Part shown: piece by piece, positions 53,945 through 64,000 of the stretch | Layout of the letters: every line of letters begins with the position of its first letter | Position numbering within the stretch: the first letter of the stretch is position 1 | NCBI RefSeq assembly: GCF_006345805.1 | Contig: NC_043001.1 | Span: 117,366,001-117,430,000 of the forward strand | From: Octopus sinensis | Lineage: Eukaryota | DNA: 64,000 nucleotides | Direction of reading: 5' to 3' | The notes under the pieces: model-generated | The model's input: only the letters and a program-made list of their open reading frames with translations | Databases searched by the model: none | Told to the model about the DNA's origin: nothing | Translations under genes and position numbers: made by a program

Positions 53945-55219
53945 TTATCAAAGACATTCCAGCTGTGACACCTGATCAAAGGATGAGGTGATCAAAGCAA
54001 GGAATGGCTTATGTAGAACTACATTACTTGTATGTCTTTCCCTTTTTCAAGGAATGTGGTTGAGATTTGGTTGCTATTTCTTGTAGATCAAGTGAAAACA
54101 TGGAGGCTTCCTCATTCATAGGGGTGTAATTAATAATTTGAGCAAATAGAAATTAAAAATTTTAGACTACCCAGAATGCTGGATGTAAGAATAGTTTCTA
54201 TTAATTTGGTAGCAAAATCAATATTGATAGTTGTATTATAGCAACTACACTTTATATCTAAAGTAAGACATCTTAATATTACTTCTCTGGTTGATAGGAA
54301 ATGTTCTCTCCAGACAAAGTGAACTCGAGATTATGTAAGAAATATAATTCTGCATGACAGTGAAACAGAGTAGTAATTCCTAAATTTATTTTGGCAATGA
54401 ACCCTTATACAATTTTCCAAAAATCACAGAGGCCATACCTATATTTTACAGACAACCCCTAACACCTTAATTTTAATTAGGTATTAATGAATCAAATGTT
54501 GCTGCACATAAGAATGTATTATTTTGAAAATGGTGAATAGCATTGTTTTTCATAAAATTAATTTTTTATGAAAGTTTATTGAAAGACACCTTATTTCATG
54601 GAACCTCAGTCTTTTTTTTCTAGAACCTACTTTGAGAAACACTGTTAAAAAGAATCAGTTACAATAGGATAGCTATCTGGAAAGTCTATAAGTCTGAATT
54701 TAAATTTGCTCAAATTATCCCATAGTTCACTGCAAGTGATGCACCAGAGATTTTGAGTCATTGTTAGTTTAAAAGAAATTGCTCCAAATCTATTCTGATC
54801 CATTATTTTCACTTTTTCTTTTTCTTTTTTCTCATTTACTTAGAAGGAAAGGTCATGTCTATGGATCTTTACAGAGCCTCTGAATACTGGTTCGTGTGTG
54901 TTTTATGATTTAATACCTTTCAATTTACCCGTAATAACAGTTTATACGTAATTTATACGTAATAACAGTTTATACGTAATTCTTGAGAATTTAAAAGCAA
55001 GAAAGTATGATTAGCTGTGAGAAACAATTTCCTATTTCACCTATAAAAATAGAAGTAAACAAATGAAAAGCACAGAGAAATTGGTAAAACTACGATCAAC
55101 AACGTTCCAATCATGACTGTCTTTTTATTTTTTAGGCTTACAAATATAAATCATCCCTTTCTTGAAGTAGGTGGGCGTGATTTGTGGGCGACTTGGCGCT
55201 GCTATCTCTAGCAAAGAAT

Positions 55220-55500
55220 GTGTTTACGTAGCGTGGTTCGCTATAGATTTACTTCCCAACGTGCCTTAAAAAATTAACTGCGAGCAACCAGGGGAACCTC
55301 TACTTCCCCAAAACACAGCTGCTTGCTTTTACTTCAGGTTTAAATAAAACTAAGAAAGGAGTGTGAAGCGGTGAGCATTAAAAATATCAGAAAAACGAAA
55401 TAGCTTCATTTGATAATATCGTGAAAGCTTCTTTCACGATAATTTTCATAACTGATATTAATTACATGTGCGCAGAGAGAGAGAAGAAAAAAACTACATT
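55220..55500 (-). promoter_or_regulatory. Candidate promoter / first-exon region for the STEAP-containing minus-strand unit
   Basis: CpG-retaining unique DNA at the edge of a CpG-poor block, with several possible GT donors. The TSS cannot be placed. Confidence 0.2.
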
Positions 55501-56018
55501 GTTTACTTTCGTATCCAGTGATTAATAATCTTTTCTACTCTAGGCACAAGGCCCGAAATTTGGGGGGAGGGGGCAGTCGATTAGATCGACCCCAGTACGC
55601 AACAGGTACCTAATTTATCGACAACGAAAGGACAGAAGGCAAAAAAATAAAAACGCAGTTGTTTCTAACAAAGTAGACTAATGGGAACCAACGAAGGAAG
55701 CGGTACACTCGACCTACTAGAAATAGCAGACAAGTATCCTCAATTACACCCAACCAGCTTTTTTAAAAAAAAAAGACACATTAACTAATGTAGTTCTACA
55801 TAAACCTAAAATGACAGGATAGTCATGGCCTAGGGTTAAACAAAATGTAATGTTTATGTTCAAATGAATCTTTGAACCTGGGTATTACCCATAGAAAATT
55901 AACGGGTAAAAATAAAAGCAAACAACGAAAGAAGTACGCAGTTAAGATTAGTTAAGTTAGTGTTAGCATAATGATAATAATAATAATAATAACAATAACA
56001 ATAATAATAATAATAATA

Positions 56019-56111
<93 letters not shown>

Positions 56112-57659
56112 TAACGTCAATATTGAAAGCTTTTCTTTATAAACATCTACCAAGACGGCTCTAAAGCGATATATAACGAAGGGATCGGCCTGAAATTCAT
56201 GAATCGAAAACATTTCTTAGTGAGGCTCTCTTATTAACATTATTTTATTCTATTAGGTTTACCTTAAGTTTTTTTTCTGATTGTTTAACCACAGATTAGC
56301 GCTGGTCTAGTAGATTAATCCCCCAAAATGGCTCTAACAGTAATTTTCCTGACTACGTATATATATCAGGCACATTACACCGGTCGAGTGACACACGCAC
56401 TGTTCTCGTTTTAAATTGAACCTACCGAGAGTCACACATGTCTCAAGTGGTCGGGCAAGTCTATTCGTCGCCGCACTACACGGGACACAATTACTTTTCG
56501 TTCGGCAGCTCAGAATTTTGTATCTTTAATTTCTTTTTCTGACACTTAGACTTTCGCTAAAAATAATAATCAACTCTTCTCCTGCAGAAGATAGAGACCG
56601 ACTCACTTTTAATTTCCTCATTTTGGGATATTTTCTGTTAAGCTCACACTTTTCAATTTTTTTTTTCTATCTTTTACTTGACTGCGGCCATGCTGAGGAA
56701 CCACCTTGAAAGGTTTCAGTCGAACAAATCTATCCCTGAACTTACTTTTTCAAACATATTACTTATTCTATCGACCTCTTTTGTCGAACAGCTAGATCAC
56801 GGGGACGTAAACACACTAACATCGGTTTTCAAGAGGTGGTGGTGGTGAGAGACAAACACAAACACACACATACACACACACGATGGGATTCTTTCAGTTT
56901 CCGTCTACCAAATCCACTCAGAAGGCTTTGGTTGGCTCGAGGCTATAATAGAAGACACTTGCCCAAGGTACCATGCAGTGGGACTGAACCCAGAACCAGG
57001 CGGTTGGGAAGAAGGTTTCTTACCACACAGCCGTTCCAATTGATATCCAACTTGGTGCACTGATGTAATTTTGTATGCTAATTATGGAAATGAAATTCAT
57101 TTTTGTCCTAAATTAATAAACAAAAAGTTAATATCTTTTAAAGTTTGCAAATATCGGGTAATTCTAGCGAATCGAGGCCACAAACATATTGGTGCCTGCT
57201 TGCATAGTAACAAGCCAAGGTAGAGTTTGCTAACCGAGGAAGTGTGCTACCTGTTCAATTATTGCTAACCCGGAATTAAATAATAGCAACAAACAGCAGC
57301 GTTAAGAGCAACGAAGCTCGCTCCTTCAGCTGCAAGTATCAGTCCCAAAGTAACTTTAACAGTATTTTCAGTATGTCTATGCGAGGAAGATGGCAATAGT
57401 AGTAGCAGCTTCTAACTAGTGATGATGTATGAATATTAAGTACTTATGCATGGCTCCCTTTCTTTTTTCATATTAGAATCACCGGAAAGAAAATGTTGAT
57501 TTCTAACAGAGAAGCAACAGCTCCAAGTGGAATTTTGATAACGATAACAAGTGTTACATGTTTATGCGAAGGGCAAGAATGAAGTTGCCCGTCTCAGCTT
57601 TCACAGCTCTGTGACACTGTTCTCAATAATCTCTTGAAAGGATAGGACACTGGCTGCGT

Positions 57660-58015
57660 AAACGACGATCTTGCTAAGGCGTTTGACATGCTTGATCATG
57701 GAATCATCTATCATAAGGTAAGGGATCTTGGTATCAGGAAAACTTGTAGATGGCTCTTTGACTTCTTACAGGGTAGGAATCAATCTGTTGTTGCAAACGG
57801 TTTTCTCTCTGCAAAGTCACCTGTAGTAAGTGGTATACCCCAGAGAACGGTTTTAAGACAATTACTATTTATCATCACCCTATCAGGTGCACTCAGCCAA
57901 CCTGACGTGCTACATCAATAACACAAAAATATCGATGGCTATCCAAACTCCAGAAGATACCGTCATACCCTAAAATGAACTAAACCTAATTAATAAATGG
58001 GCTGATAAAAACAAT
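57660..58015 (+). mobile_element. CR1/L2-group RT fragment
   Basis: DLAKAFDMLDHGII..WLFDFLQGRNQSVVANG..SGIPQRTVL. Confidence 0.8.
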
Positions 58016-59809
58016 TTGAAACTTTAAAATACGTGCATTGAATACAGAATTACTGCACGGATAAAGTCCATGTAACAATGATTAAGCAATGAGTTTGTAA
58101 GAAATGATATGAATACTAGATAATGCGTCTACTGCAGAATTTTCAGTATCCTTGATATGACGTATATCCACAGTAAACTGTGCAACATAACCAAGATGTC
58201 TAAAGTCTCTTGGGGAGTATTTATCTGTTTTAGATTGTAACGTGTAGGCTAATGGTTTATGATCAGTATAAACACTGAAGGTTCTTCCTTCCAGTTGGTG
58301 GGAGCGCTTTACTGATAAATAGGCTGCTCCCGTATTTTACAAGAACCGATATTTGGAGACCGTGTCGTAAAAGACGCGACTTACTGAAGACACGCCAAAT
58401 GATGTCGCGCTTTATCCCTGGCGCTACCAGTTTTCCGCTAATTTGAAAGAACTTGGTTGAGTACATCTGTGTGCGTTAGCACCAAAAACAGTTATGGTAC
58501 CAACAAACTATCGTGGATGTCTCGTGAGGACCGAATGAACGATTTGTTGATGTTCTTTGGTAACGAGAATTCGAGTGCACAGACCACCAAAGTAAGTGCA
58601 ATTTCACGAGTCTATCTGTCGGAGCCTGAACTTTGACTTCAGTTGTCTTACGAAAGGTCGCCAGTTCAGAGGAAATAGAAAAGACAGAGGTAGAAGGATG
58701 GGTTTATGCGTTAGAAGTATTGGAAGATGAAATATCTATATCATCTGCAAGTCGGCTTAGCAGTAGAATTCTGTTGTCTTATAAGTGTTAAAACTGCTTG
58801 CACGTTTGACATTAAGCGCGAGAAAATAATCGTCTCAACATCGACTTTTCAAGCGGCTCATACTCAACTAATTCTTCCATTCTTCTCACAGTTGGGAAGG
58901 CGTCTTACCACCCAAAATATTATGAAGAAGTCGGTGAAAATGCTTTTATTTGGATGTAGAAGTAAGTCGCAAAATCTCTTTCATATTCTGATAAGATATG
59001 GAGTGAGAAGGGCTCGTGATATGATCTTTGACTTCACTGCATAAACCAGGAGGAACACTGACTCAAATGGGAAGTTGGTGCGTGTGCGAAGAAAACACAA
59101 GATAAGGTAAATTTATCACTTCAGCTCTCCTGAAAACAGACCCATACACATTAAAATCCACTCCGAGACATCAGAAAGAGCATGCCCCAGCATGGCCGCG
59201 GCCTTCGGGCTAAAACATTTTTAAGGATTTAAGGATCGGGGGAAAATGGCACAAGATATGAAATTAAAGAAACTCGACTAAATAATAAAAAAAAAACACA
59301 AACTCCACATAAAGTATTCTCTAAAGGTTCTTCACGATCTCCTAGAGAGTCTCTCTTCGTGATATATTTACGCTCCGTGCAGTTTAAGAGAAGAAATTAT
59401 TGAAATAAGCCATTACTCATTTTTCTCCATTCTAGATATCGTTTTTTGAAACTTGAGCGTTACCAAATTGGACTGAAATCAGAAGTTACCACCACCACCA
59501 CATATAAATTTACTTTCTTGTCTAGGCAAGAAAGTAAATTTTGAACGCAGTATAGCTGTGAAAAGAGTAGAAAGAGTGTGTATTCAAAAAGTTGCCAACA
59601 AGTACCTGCACCTCTCAAGATATTGGCCGAGTGCTCTATCATTAAATTAAACGGTCCTGTGACAACAGATAGCGTCAATTTTGAAGCTAAACAAAAACGA
59701 TTTCGAATGCGACAACATTTTATAAATAAACTTTGGAAGTGAATGCTTTTGGTATTTTACAGACAAGAATGTAAACTTCGAACGCAGTATAGCTTTGAAA
59801 ACAGCAGAA

Positions 59810-59864
<55 letters not shown>

Positions 59865-60118
59865 CATGTATGTATGTGTGTGTGCATGCATGTATAAACA
59901 AACTTACTTGAAAATGGATGCATGGTGTTCAATCATATAATAATATAAATAAAAAATATATATGCGTATAATGGGTACAGGATGTCCCAAAACGTAAACA
60001 ACATGAAATACGAAAACAAACTTGGGTATGCGAACAACGAGAGAAACAAATGGAAAACAAGTCAAGTAACATAAAGAACGACACTTCATCAGTTGTACTC
60101 CTCATTTCGAGCGTTTGC

Positions 60119-60661
60119 TCGAAATGCATATATTTGAAAGAATTCAACGAATTGGAGGCATGGCTGCTCTCGATTATTGGGATCGCCTTAAAGCCTTGAA
60201 ACTCTACTCTCTTCAGCGTCACCGTGAGCGGTACATCATTTGTACGATGTGGAGAATATACCGCCAACTTTGCCCAAACGACCTGAACATTAGCTTCAAG
60301 GTTCATCCAAGACTGGGACCACGGGCCATACGTCCCCTGCCCAATTCAAGATCACAGCATACATGTACACTGCAACATAATTTCTTTTCCTCAACAGGCC
60401 CTGCCCTATTTAACATTGTCCCGAAAGAGATCAAAGAGGAAAAGGATCCCATCAACTTTAAACGGAGTCTGGATAGATTCCTTCAAAGAATACCAGACAA
60501 GCCACCCATAATTAGATACAACTCACCCAACAAGAACTCACTACTTGAACAAAACTTGACTTAAACAAAACTTGACTTAAACAGGATTCGAATAATCCTA
60601 TCAGGTGGTGCTATTAAGTTAGACATGGCCTGGACCAATCTTTGGTCGAAACATATCTAAG
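60119..60661 (+). mobile_element. CR1/L2-group LINE 3' end
   Basis: [49 protein letters not shown]; 3' hairpin GACCAA-tct-TTGGTC-GAAAC. Confidence 0.85.
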
Positions 60662-61205
60662 TTTTTTTTTATATATATATATATATATATAAAATAACAA
60701 AATAATAAATAAAACATATGCATATATACATACATATATGTACGTACCTACATCTATATGTATATATACATGCATATATGGGTACAGGACACCAAAAAAA
60801 AAACGTCGAACACAATGAGAAACGAAAACATACAAACAAAACCAAGAAAACGGACATTTTTTTAAACAACGAAAAAACAGAGCACAAGACATACAACACA
60901 AGGAAAATTCCCCTTCTTCAGCCGCCTCTGTTTCGTCTACTCCGTGTTTCGAAGGTTATATATATATTCTTTCAAATATAAGCACAAGGCCAGGTTCGTG
61001 TATTAAATGAAGTTTTGGTGAAGCATTGTGTGATATTACGTTAAAGAGACTTGGCAAAGGCCGAACATTGCGAAAAATTATAAAGTAAACGACAAAAAGA
61101 AAAAACAACAAACCTAAGTTGTTATTTTTATCTTGTATTTCTAAAAAAAATTTCGACAAATAATAAAGCGTGATAAATGGCGAAATAAATTAATATTTGG
61201 GCCAG

Positions 61206-61407
61206 CAAGGTGAGTGTTGAAAAGTTCCTGGTTTTGGGTAAAAGAAAAAACTGGATTATCAGTTAATATATTCCCCTCCCAGATTCGCACATTTATTGCA
61301 GAAGTCCTTCAGTTTTTCCAAGCTCTGTAAAAGAATCGGAAATCTGGATCTCCAAATAGGCCTTTTACGATATCCTTAACGCCAGAAACTTTTCAGCATC
61401 CCCTTGT
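61206..61407. mobile_element. Mariner-derived MITE
   Basis: caagg..tgttgaaaagttcctgg / ccagaaacttttcagcatccccttg inverted ends. Confidence 0.6.
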
Positions 61408-61744
61408 GTATATATATATATATATATATATATGAGGCATATAGGCTGAACAGTCGTTGAAGAATTCACAGGATGTGTAACGAAAGAGCTCAGACAAAGG
61501 ACACTAAAGTAAGAACAATAATAAACCTGAAGAATTTTGCATATGTCATTATATATATATATACTTATATATATATGTGTGTATGTATGTGTATATATAT
61601 GTATGTATATATATATATATATATCTGTACATCATCTTTAAAGAACTTTAATGAACTTTAGAAATCTGTTTATGTTACTTATTTATCTACATTACTTCAT
61701 GAGTATAGCCTCAAACACTAGGATGTCTAGAGAACTCACATGTA

Positions 61745-61835
61745 TTTTAGCTGATGAGTACGGGACTCGTTTATATGCTGTAATCTTTGCAACTTTTAAT
61801 AAAACCTGTCCTTGTATGAAACGATCGTACTAAAA
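61745..61835 (+). ncRNA. Type I hammerhead ribozyme (GUA cleavage after 61829), palindromic minimal stem III
   Basis: Stem I TTTTAG/CTAAAA; core CTGATGA 61751-61757; stem II GTACGGGAC/GTCCT(T)GTAT around a long loop; GAAA 61818-61821; stem III ACGATCGT; GTA triplet. Confidence 0.8.
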
Positions 61836-61985
61836 ACCTATCCATTCTTGTTGCTTCTTTCTCGCTTATAATCACCCCACATTACTGTATTGTTAAATCA
61901 GTATGGTTTTTTTTTGGTGCATCTAAGTTAGGTACCATATTCAAGTAAATTCATTTAAATTAACTTGAATCTTTATTGCTCTTTG

Positions 61986-62016
<31 letters not shown>

Positions 62017-64000
62017 GTATGTATATACATATGCATATATATGCATATATGGGGTACAGTATGTATGCATGTATACAATCATATATATAAAACATTGATC
62101 GAAGAATAAACATCAAATTCGAGTCAACGACCTTATATATAACACCACACCTCCAAACATTTTATCATATATAAATATTACCATGGTCCTTAAACACATA
62201 AAGTATACAGATATAAAAAAAAAAGCCACAGAAGATAAAAAATATATACGCGCTAAAACTGCAGATATATAGAACGGCCTATGAAGAAGGTAAATACATA
62301 CTCGCTTAATGTGTATGAGAGAGACACAAAGTGGAAAGGGATAGAGAGGGAAAGAAAGAAATAGAGAGAGGGGGAAAGAGATAGGAAGTGGAGGAAGAGA
62401 AAACCAGTGAGAGAGAAGGAGGAGATGATAGTTTAGAGAAAATAACTTACAGATATTTTCTTCTCGACTCACACCACGATATCCATGAAGTTACTGCCTC
62501 GCATTAACTGTCTCTGAATTCAACTTTTGAATTTATATTGTTGTACACACCTTGTTGAATGATGATCACGAGTTGCTTTTATTTTCGTTACAGTCGTATG
62601 AGATGAATGCAACGAGGTTTTTCCCGTTGTTATTTTGGTTTACAAAGTACCGGATATGAAGATGCTTGTTCAGCAAACAAACTTGATTTGTTGTGAAAAG
62701 ACATTAAAGGAAAACTCGGAACATGATTGGTCGAATTCACACAAAGTTAAAAAAAAATGAAAATTACGTTCATCCTTTTCTGTGACACAAACGTATTTAT
62801 TCATCGGAACTAAATGACCTTATGGGAGTGTGGAATTTGGGAAATTTCAATATATTCACCAAATTCGACGTATGTATAATAGGTCGTATAGTTTGTTTTT
62901 TAAAAATGAATCGTGTCGCAACGTCGTCGGGTACTGATTCCAGAGCGCATTAGACAGTGATGCTGATTGTGATAAACGAATGTGATGAGAAAATTTGTTC
63001 GAAATGTCTAAGTTTATTCTTCTAATGGTTTTAGTCGTACCACTGCGACCATGCTGGAGCATCGCTTTGATTTATTTTCGTTGAGTTTTGTTGTCGCTTT
63101 ATAGCTGGAAATTGGTCTATGATTGAGTTTGATCTTTCCCGAGTATATCATTGAATGATTGACTGGTCCGGTATCGACGTTAGGAGTTTATCCTGTGCTG
63201 TTGTTGTTGTTGTTGTTGTTTTAATGTTTCAGTGGAGGTAATTTGTATATTTCTCATTTCTTTAGGTAAGCAGTTGAACAATTGAACAATCTAAATACCA
63301 GACTGGTACAACAGAATGTTTTGCTCGTGATTTCTATGGTGTATATTTAGAAGCTGACTACCATTTCGTGTATTAAATTTTTATCTAATGCCGAAGTTTG
63401 AAACACGCCCCCTCAGGATTTTCCATATGTATATAGTAGTATATCTCTTTCTTCAGCGTTCAAGAGAGTAGAGAGGCAGAGTTTTTTGATGTTCCCAAGT
63501 AATTAAGGCTTTTAACCGAAGGTATTTTATTGGTGAATAAGGCAGCGAGATGGCAGAAACGTTAGCACGCCGGGCGAAATGCTTAGCAGTATTTCGTCTG
63601 CCGTTACGTTCTGAGTTCAAATTCCGCCGAGGTCGACTTTGCCTTTCATCCCTTCGGGGTCGATTAAATAAGTACCAGTTACGCACTGGGGTCGATATAA
63701 TCGACTTAATCCGTTTGTCTGTCCTTGTTTGTCCTCTCTGTGTTTAAAGAAATAGGTATTTTATTGGTGAACGTCCTTTGTAACCCTTCAATGTCTTCCA
63801 TGAGACCGTATGAGTTAGGAGACCAAAGCTGTGAGCAGTAATCTAATCTGCTCAGATTAGCAGCATACCTACCGGTTCTCTAGTCACGAAGGTTCGCAGG
63901 ATCCATCCTACGAGATGTTTGTATTTAGAAGTCAGTTTGGAGATATGGCTGATGCATTATTTGACATGATTACTTTTAAGTTCCGTATGGTATTAACGCT

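Noticed and set aside
55150-55215. GC-box-like gggcgtg/gggcga sequence as a promoter element
   Set aside because: It matches an interspersed repeat seen elsewhere in the window (gatttg..ggctgctatttct at ~4370 and ~54065).
55468-55474. Metal-response-element core TGCGCAC near the putative STEAP promoter
   Set aside because: A single degenerate 7-mer is expected by chance at roughly kilobase spacing; no cluster was seen.
58355-58402. Peptide FGDRVVKDATY*RHAK resembling histone H4 (FLENVIRDAVTYTEHAK)
   Set aside because: Short match with an internal stop and no flanking H4 similarity; likely chance.
58727-59044. 105-aa + strand ORF
   Set aside because: No recognisable domain or splice context; compatible with chance or UTR sequence.

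Overview
This is AT-rich, repeat-dominated eukaryotic genomic DNA. The tRNA-derived SINE families and the heavy (TACA)n/(TA)n/(AAT)n load suggest an Octopus-type cephalopod scaffold (inference). There is one 100-N gap at 2966-3065. Only one protein-coding region is secure: an uninterrupted 454-aa STEAP-family metalloreductase CDS at 43715-45079 (-), preceded by a 5'-UTR splice acceptor. The rest is microsatellites, SINEs, and fragments of non-LTR retroelements (RTE, CR1/L2-like, R4/Dong-like, Penelope-like). DNA-transposon relics include mariner, Tc2/pogo, hAT, piggyBac MITE, Chapaev3-like, Helitron and Helentron-type elements. The most striking signal, read by hand, is four complete-looking type I hammerhead ribozymes on the + strand at 34741, 36098, 37450 and 61745, plus two decayed ones. 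Three have minimal palindromic stem III and long AT-rich stem II inserts. Three are spaced about 1.36-1.38 kb apart across a tandem duplication, which resembles Penelope pLTR or retrozyme architecture. Other leads are candidate exons suggesting STEAP is nested in or chained to another minus-strand gene, a covarying 3' hairpin shared by LINE and SINE tails, and several inverted or tandem duplications, some of which may be assembly artefacts. All alignments and folds were done by eye; no database search was run.
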